From: Bigelowiella natans CCMP2755
Taxonomy: Eukaryota; Protista; Cercozoa
Direction: 5' to 3'
Assembly (NCBI GenBank): GCA_000320545.1
Contig: ADNK01000643.1
Span: 1-64,000 of the forward strand
Length of the DNA: 64,000 bases
Below the pieces are notes generated by a model, which was not told the origin of the DNA, made no database searches, and saw only the letters and a list, made by a program, of their open reading frames with translations. Positions 13,151 to 26,309 of the stretch are shown here, piece by piece; position 1 is the stretch's first letter, and the number at the start of each line of letters is the position of its first letter. The position numbers and the translations under genes were made by a program.

Positions 13151-14273
13151 TATCATCACTTACTATACCAGGTCCTTCATGTTCTTAGGCTTAAGATTTA
13201 GTTCGTCCACGGCTTCGTAGGCGTACACATTCCCGGATGTCCAGATCGCCACGATGTGTGTGTGCGCCGAGAATTCCTGCCAGATAATGATTCAAGTGTC
13301 AATTCTCAGAATATTTGAAAATCCGAAATCGTTGATGGCTTTGGTTCCATGACACAGACGGCATATGGTTGTGAAGACTCAAGAAGACAAAACAAACAAC
13401 CATCAACATCTTGCTCTGGTTTTGGGAAATGCAGTCGCATGGATGTTGAGGCATCATGACGTGACGATAGGAGGGTGATTATTCATTTCTATTAAGGTTC
13501 TTATTTTCTTCTTTATCAACCACCTTGTACGTTAACGGGCAGTGATATTTGCCGGCTTGGCTCTTGTGAAACTTGAGTTTCTTCAGCGACTTCAACTTAA
13601 GCGGCTCCCCATTCACGGGATTCTACACAGAAGGCGATTATGATGACGACGATGATGTATGGTATTAGGCTAAAAGAACACGTCTTAAAAATCAGTGTAA
13701 CTTATTGGACAGTGCTGAGAACGCCGGTGGTAACAAAAAACCAAGGATTTTCATATGACTTATACTTTTTTTCGATCTTTAGTATTCATTTATGACTATT
13801 TCAGGACACTAACGGGAAACATTCCCGATGAATATGGCGTTAATAACTCACCTTTTTATGCTTCTTCACATACGGAACGATGTTCAGCAGCTCAAACACC
13901 ACACCTGCGCAGTATTCGGGATTAGGAAGAGAAGGTTCATTTCGCAGAACGATACGAAAGAAAGAAATGGCGAGGTCAAATCCACCTTCTGGAGTCGCCA
14001 CTGGATTCTCAAAAGGCCGCAAGGAAAGAGCGCAGCAGTCGAACGGCAGCCTCTTGAAAGCCCTGTTGTGGTGTCTCTTATTGACCTTTCCCCCGAATTC
14101 CCACTTCCACTCGGATGGGCGGATGTATAGCTTGTCCTGAGCCACGGGTAAGTATGGAAAGATGGGGGACAAGGAGATAAGATGCTTGTACCAACATAAA
14201 CACAGCAGAAAATGGGCGTCCAAAAGCACGCATTGGAAAGGTTGATCACCCCTTGATGCTGCCGCTTCCCCAT
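9598..14273 (-). CDS. PPIL2: U-box/cyclophilin peptidyl-prolyl isomerase PPIL2 (Cyp60-like), multi-exon
   Basis: MGKRQHQ start; [25 protein letters not shown]; KYHCPL; [18 protein letters not shown]; SFTSTAMTP; [22 protein letters not shown]; NGSQFFI; [16 protein letters not shown]. Confidence 0.93.
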
Positions 14274-14498
14274 GCTAGCTCTCTCCTTTGGATTTTGGGT
14301 GAGGTTGAGGCGGTAAAATGATGTCGCACATAGAAAATGACATGGTTTTTGTTTCTGCGAGCCTTATGGGCTCTGGCCGATTTCGATAAGATATTCCTTC
14401 GATGCAGAGTAAGAACAAAAGAGTTTGTAGAAACAACAAATATAACAACTAAAATTCCTTCGCTCCTCGGTCGCCGACCCGAAGGAGGACGTGCGCGC

Positions 14499-16350
14499 AT
14501 GCGCTGGCTGGTGGGGGTGATTCTGGCAGGGGTGTGCGTGTGCTCACTGCGTAATCCTTTGATAAGTGCCACGAAGGTAGGCAGACCCTGTGGAAGCAAG
14601 CTGCTTCGCTCGCAGGCACGATGGCTGCCGCGTTCGAAGACGGACATGATGCGGTCGGCAGCTGCTCATGCCTCTGACCCTGACCTAGGCAATCCAAGAC
14701 CCGTTGATGCTGCAATTGCCATAGCACATGGTTCCTGATTTCATTAACACAAGAGTTTCTGTAGAAAGGGGCGGGAGGGGAACGGAAAAGGGGCCATTTT
14801 CTTTCTTCGAAATACCTACCTCCCCTCTTTTTGTTACATTTACGACACAACAGACAAGCTGACTGCTTTTGACCGCGATCAAATCACATATTCTCAAAAA
14901 GAGCAGGTTATCTTACCTCCCAGGACATCTATTTAAACCAAATATACGATTATCCCCGAAATGTTTGCTGGGAACATCGATGGTTCCTTCCACATCACGC
15001 AGCTTTTAGCCGTAGTTAAGGCAAAATCACCGGTGCTACCTATCACTCAAAGATGACAAATTCCTTCATTACCTTTTGAAGAACCTTGGTTATGAGCCCA
15101 GGGCATCCATTTTTGACGAGATATATCGTTCTCCTCTGTATGAATGCTTTGATTTTTTGGTAGGGGTTTGCAAAAGGGACTGCAGCGACGGAATTCGGTA
15201 ACAAACCACTATTGCATTACGATTCTACTATGTATCGATTTTCAATGCTACTGATTCTAAATTGAAAATGGTGAGGATCAGAAGAAGGGGGAGGTGGAGG
15301 AGGAGGAGGAGGAGGAGGAGGAGGAGGAGGAGCATTGTATAGAGAGAGCGCATTCAATGCCATATTTGATATGTACTATTATATCAGTTTAAAAGGTAAT
15401 GTTTTCTTGAAAGGTGAGAGCTTTGAATCAAAGTCTGATCTCTGGGCGTCCGTGTCGCTCTTGGCAAAGGTAATTATAATAGTATTCCTCATCGCCATAG
15501 AACGAAAGAAGCAGCAATATGGGATTGTATTCATTTTATGTAAAAAGATGTGTGCGTGTGTGTGTGTGGGGGGGGGGAACACTGCTGGTAGGAAGCGAGT
15601 TCAATGGTGGTTGGATTTTGTGCCGAGAATGCTAGCGCTGGTGTGAATGAGCTCAAGGGATGGGTCTCCACATTGTCACTGAAGAGGGGAAGGCTCCATG
15701 GAATGGACATCGTACTGCACAACATTCGCACGTTGCCGGGGAGACTGTGAGACTGAGAGATTTTCTGCTCAATGCTTAGGATGGTATGCCTCGAGACATG
15801 TCCGACTTCGGTCCTGTGTACATACGGTACTACCATTACCACCACTACTACTACCACTACTACTACACACCCACTTGGATCTTTCTATAATGTGCATATG
15901 CGTGCGTTCTTGCATATCCGCGCACCGCATTTGCTCGGATCATCTTATCTCTTCTACTTCTGTAACCCATTTGCTTTCTGTCTTTCCTCTCCCATGGTTG
16001 CGTGTTGCGCACACAAACCATTATCACCGGAACAAAAGATACGTGTCGTCGTCTGGAGACGCCTACTTGTCGGGATATGATGGAAATTACCGAGGGGTAT
16101 ATATACCACAGTCTGGAGTATATTTATGCTCTTTGTCACCACGTGCCAATGTTTCTCTCAAATCAATCTCGCGCATATGATATACACGCATTCGACTTCC
16201 TTTCGCAATTTTTCTTATAGCTTCTAACACGTATCATAGGCTTATTTCACCCCGCAGCTTCCCGACGGGGAGTTTCGACAGTACGGAGTCCTTCCAATAG
16301 GTAGTAGCTAGTTTCCACATGTTTGGCAGCAGAAGGAGACGAAGACTGCG
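14499..16350 (+). CDS. Hypothetical protein resembling a conserved algal family, with signal peptide plus R/S-rich transit-like leader
   Basis: MRWLVGVILAGVCVCS followed by a basic/serine-rich stretch; exons ENASAGVNELKGWVSTLSLKRGRLHGMD, SGDAYLSGYDGNYRGV and YFTPQLPDGEFRQYGVLP. The family resemblance is from memory, not a search. Confidence 0.6.
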
Positions 16351-16447
16351 GGAATGTAACATGTTCTGTTCTTGTGCTCGTTAGATCTGCTTTTTACGTG
16401 AGATCATGGTTATCCTCATCATCAGCATAGCCATGACACCCATCACC

Positions 16448-16479
<32 letters not shown>

Positions 16480-17258
16480 AAAGACGAGCTCAGGAGCCTT
16501 TTCCTTTCTGCCACAACGCCGGGTAATACCGCATTTAACCTAGGCCTTTGGAAAGAGGACGCAAAACTAGCACAGGCCGTTTCAATTCCTAGCGATAGTG
16601 AGCCAGTGTTGAACCCACCCAATATATCAACTTCGGCGTCCGCATCGTCATCATCATCGTCCAATGAAGCTGATGCTGATTTCCAAGTCCGAATAAGCTC
16701 CCATATCGACAGCCAAATCCAAGCACGGGCTAAGTCTCTGGGCATTCGGCTGAAGGTTGTCATCTCCAACCCCCCCCAATCCCCCGCCCCCCCTCTTCAC
16801 CGCAGTAGCTGTCATTTTGCAGAAGATGTGTATCGTATCCATTTCGTTACGGAATTCGTTGATTTGTTTTTCCCATGTGAGTATATGCCGGTCCGTGTTT
16901 GGGCTGATGTTTAATGTGTTACTTTCTGAGTATCATCACAAATCCGATTAATATGCAGCTCCTAAGCGTAGATGCTGTTTCTGGTTCGGTCGTAGTCTGT
17001 TGTCAAGGTTTACATAAGACGGGGTTTATTGTAGCTCATTTGCTGATACTTTCCAAATCTAGTTCTCCGATCTTATGCCATGCAACAGACAATACTCGCA
17101 AGAGCTTATATCTGTTGTTTTCCATCAACATCACCAGGCGCTGAGGCCGTGGTTGATAGCGAAGCAGTGAAGAGATGGATTCAGTCAAGTTTCTCTTCTA
17201 TCAGTGGTGTCCGGAACGTCGCCGTAGAATCTAGGTCTCGGCGGGGTGCAGAATAATG
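16480..17258 (+). CDS. Hypothetical protein (separate gene or 3' part of the preceding gene)
   Basis: Open exons DELRSLFLSATTPGNTAF...QARAKSLGIRLK, EDVYRIHFVTEFVDLFFP and GAEAVVDSEAVKRWIQSSF...GAE* with GT-AG borders. Confidence 0.45.
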
Positions 17259-17908
17259 TGAGTAGTATTACAAGTAGCCAAAGTTCGATCATAGAGGGCA
17301 TAGCAGGCTTTGTATGGGTGAGGGTGAAATAAATGTGTCTAGTTGTAGCATATCAGATACCGTGTAGTCGATTATATTAAAGCGTGCGACAGCCTATATT
17401 CATCAGCGTGACACGCAGTGCCTGCTACAACTAGCAATGCGATGGTATACTGGCTTCGGATAAGCTATAATGCATCGATCGTCTTAGAGTAGCGGTCAAT
17501 ATTAATGTACGAACAACACTGAGCGCGCAAGCAATCGCAAGTTCAGCTGCCTGCGCTTGGGCACTCTTCCGCCACGCACATGTATGCACACACCGAGTGC
17601 GCCGGCGTGCGCGCAACTAGGGCGCATCATCATTGTTTTGCGCTGATGAGCTTTCTGAAAGCAAATGGAATATTTATAAACTCCACTGTTGACATTGCTA
17701 TGTGTGTGACGGAGCGGTTAATGGGGCCAAGTTAACACATACAAAATCACAGGTCAGCTAAGCATCTTCTCATGCAACAATAGCCGCAACTTAGACCTTC
17801 AGCTTGCTTGCTCGTGTGGAAAACATTAAACTTCATGCATCCATCCACAAGGCGGCATGAAAGAACAAACTCTATGTTCTCATAGTAAACTATAAAACGA
17901 CGGGTTCG

Positions 17909-20274
17909 TTAAAACTTGGGTTTAGCGAAGTCCACTCTCAGTTGTCTTCCCATAAAGACCTCTCCATTTTGCTTTACAAACTCGTCCACAGCCTAGATCA
18001 TATATATCGCATGCACACAGCTTTATCGATCTTTCAAGTCATACACCCTCATTCCAACAGGTAGTTACGTGCATCACCGGCCTAGCCACACTACTTCCTC
18101 TACGCACCGCTACGATTCGGAATTCATAGTATGCATATCATATCTAGTACGCTTTTTACGTCAGTTGAGTCGAACTCCATGTATCCTGCCCCCTTGAATT
18201 CGTCGGTGTCTCTATCTGTGATCCAACGAATGGCCGTCACCGTGCCCTGGCTCTTCTCCTGAAAAATACAACGTGGGAGGCGATAACAATGGCGCGTGAA
18301 AACGTGATAGAGCGAAAAGGAAGCTTAGTAAGCTAAGACATAGAAACGTCCATTATGATCCTCATCACCATCACCGATCAACGCTCCACCACCTCGGCGA
18401 AAGCTGTCATCGACTCGTCATTGACACTGTAGGAAAGGTTCCCAACGAACACTGTGTAGCACTCATCTGAGGAGGGGAAATTGGAGAGGGGGGGGTGTAG
18501 GAGCAAGAGTGAGCGTAGATCCCGCCAAAACAGGATTTCAAGCAAAGGCGTAGAGCTTCTGGCGGTGATTGCGAAGGCCGATTTACGGAAAACATGTGCG
18601 GTTAGAATGCGAGTTGCTACCCCAGGTGCGAGAGATCGAAATGCAATGCATAACAAACAATGCAATCCATATCAAATTCTATTACCGGGGCGCTCTGAGA
18701 GCGGCTTCACCGGCCTCCGGATAACCCTATCCCTATTCAGGAACGTATGTCAACGTAAGCAGCTGGTATTGGCGTGCTTTGTGGCACAACTGTTTACTGC
18801 TACAACAACAACAACAACAACAACAACTACAACAACAACAGCTAGTACTACTACTTTGGCTGTTTTTCTGGCCTCTCCTTCCATGGCTTTGCATATCGAA
18901 TCTTGAGACGTCGCCCCATACACTCTGTTTCGTGCAGTTTTATAGCCTCTGCTGCCCCCTCATTCGACGCAAATGTGACGAAGCCCTAAAAAACATGATG
19001 GTTGTGATGATGACGATGACGATGATGATGACGATGATGATGACGATGATAATGATGATGGTAGTCGTGACGAGGATGACAATAATGATAATGATGGCGA
19101 CGACTGCCGACGACGAGAAGAAATGATTCGGAGAACATATCGCCAAAAAAAAAATTCACAGGTCTTGTTATGATTATTAGAGTCCTGACCATGCCACTAA
19201 ACCTCCCTGTCGTGGTGTTGCATACCCAGTATATCTCTGATATCTTTTAGTGCAGCAGAACCAATGACCAGACAAGAATATTAATTCCAAGTAGGAATAA
19301 GATGAGTTCAAGAGAGAGAGAGAGCGAGAGAGAATAGAGGATGCTAGATGTGCTGTGGCTGAGAACAGGGAGTAGAAACAAGGTTCACCTCTCCACAGTC
19401 CTTGAAAAATTGTAGAATGGTGTCATCATCGATCTTGTAGTTGCAATTTCCGACGAAAACGCGGTTGCCCTCGTCCACCGCTGTATCATCGCCATTCTTA
19501 TTATCGTGCCCCTCTTCTCCCTGGCCATTACTACTCGCATTGTCAAGAATATCATTTTCGCGCTCCAGCTTCTGACGTTTGTTGGGTTTTGCCCTGGCTT
19601 GAGTCTCTCTCCCCCTCTTTATTGATTTCTTCGCGTCAGGCGTCGCGTCTTGCACCGCACACTTCTCTGGTGTATTATAAAAAATGGTGAAGATAGGAGG
19701 ACCACTCATATTCACGCCTTTTGTTTAAAATACAATAAAAAATTCTTCATCCCTTTCTGGGATGCTAATACTCGAACTACCAGATCCTCCTTCAGACGAT
19801 GCTGCTGCTTCAAGTCTCCGCTTGGCTTGCCTCAAGGCCTTCTTTAGCTTCTTGTCAGTCTTGCCCGATTCTTTCCATGCTTTCCTACCCCCCATAATAG
19901 TTCACGACAGGAAAGAGACGGTAATGGCGATTGGCACCAAGTTGGAATTACAAAAACAATAACCATGGACGGAAGGTGACCTTGCTTCTTTCACTTGCTT
20001 TTGTAACAACCCTAGAGCGACTTGGGCTTCAGGGATTGCTGTCGGTTTCGCAGGAGCCTGGGGAGAGGTGCTAAGCTTTGCATTTTCGTATTTCTTCTTG
20101 GCAGCCTTGAAAGCCTTTTTGAGAGCTAGATCCTGCACGGTTGGGCAAACTACGCGTCATCACACGGAATCCGTTCTGTTTTATCCTATTGGCATTGGTT
20201 ACCCACAATGGCCCTATTCTCTCTGATAAAGCATCTAGTTTGACAAAATGCTCACCTGTTTGTCTGCTCTCCAT
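17909..20274 (-). CDS. Two-RRM RNA-binding protein with K/E-rich N-terminus (nucleolin/Nsr1-like)
   Basis: RRM1 NRVFVGNCNYKIDDDTILQFFKDCG (~19470-19390); RRM2 YTVFVGNLSYSVNDESM; IRWITDRDTDEFKG; FMGRQLRVDFAKPKF*. Confidence 0.85.
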
Positions 20275-21285
20275 TTCTTTCTTGCCCTTTTGAACCTTTT
20301 TTCGAGTAATCCGAACTCGGCCATTGTGAGGGGAGCGAGCGATGCGAATTAGTCCGGCTACCGATCGAGACTCTGAGGAGAGGATCATAATCTCGAGCCT
20401 ATCTCGAAGTTTGTAAAGACTCTGGAAGTTCTCGGAGGTTTGAAACGCTTATTTGCCTCAGTAGATGAGCAGCTCTGAGTAGCATAATAACAGGTTCATT
20501 TTTGTTGAATTTATCTAAAATAATGCATCAGATATCAGATATCAGTCTCAATGGATATCCAATCCTAATGTTCAGATCTTTTATCCTGACACGTTTTGGA
20601 GCAGTTTTCATCATTTGCTTATTAAAAAAGTGATTATCCTTGTACGATATTGAAGAATATGATTGAAATGGATTAATTTTTATCTAAATGATGAAAATAT
20701 CTGCTTGTATTGGCACTTAATCTTCCAATTTAGAGTTATGTCGTTTTCGAATTCCAACAAACTGCTACAAACCTTCATCCCCATTTTGGACATTTGCAAT
20801 CAAATCTAGAAAATTCGCTCAGAACTTGCGAAATAAATTCGATTTTGAGGCAATATTAGGAATTTGATAGGAAAACCAGCAATTTGTAGAACTGAACGCT
20901 CAAATTACCCAGCCCTCTGTCGCGTACCATTTCAGGCAGAAACCTGAATTTTAGAGCTTAAATTTGTTTCTAATAATGTCTCAGTTTTCTCAATATTAAT
21001 GATTTAACGAATGTGAATTTTTGAAAATCATCTTCTGTGAGAATAAACAATAGAAAATGTACTATAATAATTATGTTTTATTATAAAACCGGTTTTCCGT
21101 GTAATTACGGTATCAATAATCCCCTGTATTTTAACCACTCTCTTGAGCATTTTACAGATATTAAACCTGAAATCCATTTGGGGCACATATTATTGCAACG
21201 TTTCAAAATAGCGAAATTCAAGGAGATATCATTTCTACGACAGCTTTCCGCAATCTTGAAACCGCAGGGAGACATACGTGAGGCC

Positions 21286-23058
21286 ATGTCCTCCTCCCTA
21301 CTCCTCCTTTCTATCCTCCCTGGGCTCCTAGCCCTTTCGAACAATCACCAAGAATGCTTAGGCAAGGATTGTGAATCATTATCGAGTAATCGCCATCGTG
21401 CAGAGCGTGTGACTCCAGAGAGATGCACTGTTTTGCAAAATACCCAGAATGCAGTGTACACGATCAATGCAAAAGTTGGATCTCCCCCAACAGAATTTAG
21501 GCTCGTTGCAGATACGGTAAGCACCTCTCTTTCACATAAATTAACGTTCACTATTGCCTTTAATATGCTTATAAGAATATTTAAATTTCCTTCTATGATT
21601 TATACACAAAGATTCGAAATCTAATATATTTCTGTCTATACTTTTCCAGGGTTCAAACGTTCTTGTCATTCCGGGCCAGAACTGCAAAGAGTGCAAAAAG
21701 GCAAACAAACGCCTTTATGATTTCTCGGCATCCTCTACAAGTCTCAAGACCAGGCATGCTTCCCGCATCACATATGGATCAGGAACGGTCGAGGGCCCAC
21801 TCATCCATGATACTGTAGAGGCCATCGGTGTCAAGAGCAAGAACCAGGTGAACGAGATTTTGAACATTTCATCGATGTACAATCTGTATATCTGTATACC
21901 AATTTTATTTGCTAGCATTTGGTCAGTGTCAATCTTTAAATATATCACTTTTTCGGTTTAGACTAGTTCCCCTCCACCCAACTATTTCTCCTCTCCCCCT
22001 AGAACCTTATAACCCTGTCACTCACTTCTCCATAATTTCCATACTCTTCTTCTTAGAGCATGCTCGTTATGCAACACGAAGCTATCCAATCATTTTCAAA
22101 CTTTGATTTTGATGGCATCATGGGAATGGGTATGCCTGAGAGCTCGATGGGCACTAAAGATCAAAAGGCTGGAGATGACCGATCCTTCTTCGCCCAGGCC
22201 GGCGTCGATGCATTTACCATGTGCTTCGACAAAGGTGCAAAGCCGAACGGGGTACTTAAGCTTGGAAGCAAACGCAACCACACCTTCAACTTCGAGAAAG
22301 TCATTGGAAAAGTACACTGGGGTGTTACCCTCTCTGGAGCCTCAACTGAAGGAAAACAGGTTGATGGAGTTTGCACAGACGGACAGAAATGTGCTGTCAT
22401 CGTCGATTCTGGAACTACTCTAATGATGGGACCAGCAAGCCACCTAGTTAAGATTTATTCCAGGCTTTGTGATCATTTACCAGAATGTGCAAGTATGGCC
22501 CAGGGAACCACCGACGACGCAACTCGCTCGGAGCTCTTTATGACTATTCTCCTTACCTGCCCATCGTCTATGGCATCACTGCCTCCGCTCAAATTCAAAC
22601 TTGGCGAAAGTCACATCTCCCTCGGCATGGAAACCTACATCATGAAGGCACATTCCAAGGAGCTTTCGATGAACAACTTCATGAGTGGTTTAACTAACTC
22701 ACTTAACTTCGGCAAGTACAAGGCTGAAGTTTGCGTTCCCGCTTTCATGCCAATGAAAATGAAGTCGAGGAGGTTCGGCCCAGTGTGGATCTTTGGAATG
22801 CCGGTCATGCGCGAGTACACCGTCATGTTCAAACGCAACCATAACAATAGCGGAAGTCCAGCGGTTGGATTTTCAAAGACCAAGAAATGTGGTGGTTGTG
22901 GGGAAGAGCAGATGATATCCGATTTTACTGCAAAAGTTGTGGAGAAACACGAGCAGCCTTCAACTATTCTTCCATATGAACCGACAAGATTGTCTCCTAT
23001 CTACATCCGAAAACCTAGTCTGAGTTTGTATGAGAATTCGGAAGAGGTCAGGCTGTAA
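21286..23058 (+). CDS. Secreted pepsin-family (A1) aspartic protease
   Basis: Signal peptide MSSSLLLLSILPGLLA; first catalytic motif LVADT|GS split by an intron; ITYGSG; FDGIMGMG; second motif VIVDSGTT; WIFGMPVMREY. Confidence 0.92.
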
Positions 23059-23639
23059 CTCTGCTCCTGATTGACTTATACAGTTTATCCAGGGTAATTG
23101 TAAGATAGAATTTCATCTTTGGATGATGGCCGTGGGTTTATGAACCTTAGAAGCGTATGTCTGTACGCATCGTGAATGTAGTTCATATTCAACTGACGCA
23201 ATTCATTAGTCGGTCCATGGAGTATGCATAATCGTGTAGATTCGTATGACACTCTATCCACATGCGACATATATACATATCGTACTAGCGATACGATGCT
23301 ATGCTGTGTAGCTACCATCATATTTCGCACACATTGCAAGCGTTCACAGCAACAACGATGTCAGTCATGCGCACATCTATAACTAGCTAGGCAGGCATGT
23401 AAATGATAGACTCTTGGCAATGTAGTAGACCACATCCGTCCTACGTACGTACACGTCTTTGCGACGGATGTTTGTCACAAACATGTCAATTTGCGCCGCG
23501 AATAACTGTTATATCATTCTACTATATGATGATGTGTATCGTACGTGGCGGGGTGGCTACTCTACGATACGCCGCTTATAAATTACCATATAAGACTAAT
23601 AATTGCATTTATTGGTGTTTCCGCTATTGTTAGACACAT

Positions 23640-23835
23640 TTACACATGCTGCATGTAGTCATTGTCACAATGAGATGAAAGCAAGCAACGCTGGACATTT
23701 TATTTCACATGCATGAAACATGTGACAATGGAAACAAACAGGCACAACATAAGCGCTCTAGCCGCTGCATTGCACAGCTACATTAGGGTGACCATTGAAA
23801 AGATTTAATCAATTCATTACGTCCGTCTCGCAGTA
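23640..23835. repeat. Dispersed repeat family shared with 38370-38645 and 53130-53705
   Basis: AGCGCT.TAGCCGCTGCATTGCA.AGCTACAT...G.TGACCATTGAA.A.ATTTAAT...TTAC.TCCGT matches 53625-53705. Confidence 0.75.
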
Positions 23836-23891
23836 GGAGGCTCTAGAGATTACTGTATATGTACACAAAGGTATGACTCTTGCTGCACACT

Positions 23892-25556
23892 CTAGTCACT
23901 GTTGGCCAACTCTGCATGCAGAGCTGCTAACAGTTGGTCGCCATCGTCGTCTTCATCGTCTTCAGTTTCGTTGACTAGTACCCTGCTGTTCAAGGAGCCT
24001 GGCGGCTTTACGGAGAGCTTTGATTCGTGGCGTAATTTTATGGCAGCCACATCCGTCTCTTCTCCATCTGAAGAATCGATGTCTTCCAACACCTGGTGCA
24101 GCCTAGCTTCTAAGTCTGTGATATCCTCCTCGCCATCTTCATCCCCGCTTTTGTCAGCACTAATATGAGGGGACACCACCTTCACCTGTGCTGCTTCGAC
24201 ATTAGTACGTGACACATCCTTCTTGCCCCTTGGTGTCTTTTCCTCAGAAGAGGGTTGCTGCTGCTGCTGCTGCTGCTCAATTTTACCCCCTCTTTTGGTG
24301 ACTCTTTCCTTCTTAGCTCTCTGCTTCACCTCCCCGAAATGGACCTCAACCCTGAAGTCTTCGCCGAACCGGCTGCTTTTGTACGCAATGTCCAGGTCCG
24401 ACCGCTCTAGGTGCAGGATGTACTGCGAGGAAGAGGAGGACGACGACGATGACTCCAGATCGAGCATGGCGGTGTGGAACCCATACCGGAGCATTGTCAC
24501 ACGCTTCTTGATGGAGTGGAAGTGCCTCATCCGGATTATTGTATCGCCGTCGACGACTTGCTGCACATTGAACACCATCTTCTCATGTTTACTGGCACTG
24601 TAGACCATCAGGTCCCGTGAGCTCAGCTCGGTATCCTCATCATCGTACCTGTCACTATCTCCCTCCTGAACCCCCCCCACGGTCGTTCGAACCAGTTTTT
24701 CTTTCTGGAAAATCTGCAGATAGGGACGGCACGACTTTGAATCCCCTGGAGCTGCCTTGTACGCTGGGATGCCAAAGCATTGAATGCGGGTAATGCCCAA
24801 GGGTCTGGATGATACGCTGCTGCCTTTTCTTACATAACGCTCGAAATACTCCAGATATCGGTGCTGGGTGGGCACAATAACTGAAGCAGGACTAGCGTTG
24901 GCAGCTGTTGCTGTCGTCTTGGAGTCATTGAGAGCCGAGAGAGCAGAAAGAGTCGTAGCGTGCTGCTTTGTGTAGAAGAGATACGCAGCAAGCGTCATGG
25001 AGGTCCTTCCCTTCCCCGTATTGCAGTGAATGAGCGCCACATTTCTAGACTCCGCCGCCAGCCACGACTCGATTGACTTGCATATTTGGTGGAGGGTTTC
25101 CAGGGGCGGTGTGGGCATCCCGGGGAAAGAGAACTGGATCACCTGCTCATCAAACGGGGCAGTATCGTAGCTCACATCTGCAAGGTTCCAGACCATGAAG
25201 CGCTCAGGGTGCTTGGACCGCATGTAAGAACCAACTTCCTCCAAGTACCGTGTCCGTTGCGACTTGTTCCGAAATTTGGCGTTCATTGGTAACAGCATCG
25301 CCCTTGATGTTGTCGTCTCTTGTGGCAAGCCTTGCGCAAGGATCAGAATCCGGGGGTTTATATACCGAATATGCAGCTGATCTTCGGCCGTCACTGCTGT
25401 CGATGCTGCTTTCGGTGCGTTCAAACTCACTTTCCCTTCGCCAGCAGTTCTACTATTTATCTTATTCATAATCGATTTAGACGACGTTGAGAATCGGGTG
25501 CTCAAACCTTTCGACGGTTGCAGGAAGGTGAAAGGGAGCGGTGCCATCGACATGAA

Positions 25557-25617
<61 letters not shown>

Positions 25618-25936
25618 GTACCCAATACACACACCGCGCGCGCAAAGAGGAGAGAAAAGGAAAGAGAATCAAAACATAGGTGTGCAGACGGGCTGAAAAG
25701 AAGAGCAGCCATGAGACGGAGATACACTTTATAACTCCAGGTTGAAAATACCAATATTGACATATGAAGCGAAAATACGTACCGCTGAAGAAGGAAGAAA
25801 CCTTCTCTTTAACATGCGTAACATCCGAGACGACTCGTTCTATTCCGGTCTGCGGTTTCTCACCGTTTTGCTTTGGTGGTTTTCCGGCGCTATTAGCGTG
25901 GGGAGCAGCACTACAATTTGTAGGGTTCTCAGACAT
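23892..25936 (-). CDS. PTEN/tensin-type phosphatase plus C2 domain protein
   Basis: YINPRILIL; RFMVWNL; FPGMPTPPLETLHQICKSIESWL; P-loop HCNTGKGRT; PTQHRYLEYF; C2 region CRPYLQIF, VDGDTIIRMRH, LRYGFHT, LERSDLDIA. Confidence 0.9.
25560..25615. repeat. Intronic (TA)n microsatellite
   Basis: Perfect TA run in an intron of the PTEN-like gene, about 700 bp from island B. Confidence 0.95.
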
Positions 25937-26309
25937 CTGATATATTCGATGGATCAAACCAATTTGACATGGATGTAGATGACAAGGAGCTTAGCTGAAG
26001 TTGTGCGGAAATACCGACGCTGCCACCTGTGACGGGTTGTCCGCTACATTTCCCTCCTCTTCGTTCATTGGTGGGCTGCCCCCAATGCTAAGAGAGTATC
26101 TGGCCTCTTCGACTCTCAACGGGGATGCGCAGTGAACGGGTTGTGTGCTCGGATGAGGCCCTTCGCCTGGGTTTGGCCAGGCGATTGTCGTGAGTCGAGG
26201 AGTCGAGGTGGCGAGCCCGTGTGTGTTCCTTATCCTCGGTTTTCCCGCCAATAAAATCCTTGTCGCGCTTGAGAAACAGGACGTATTTCTTTGTTTTTTG
26301 TTCCGATAT

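Noticed and set aside
17640-17700. Similarity to 8480-8530 (TGAAAGCAAATG...TGACATTGC)
   Set aside because: Too short and gapped to call homology by eye.
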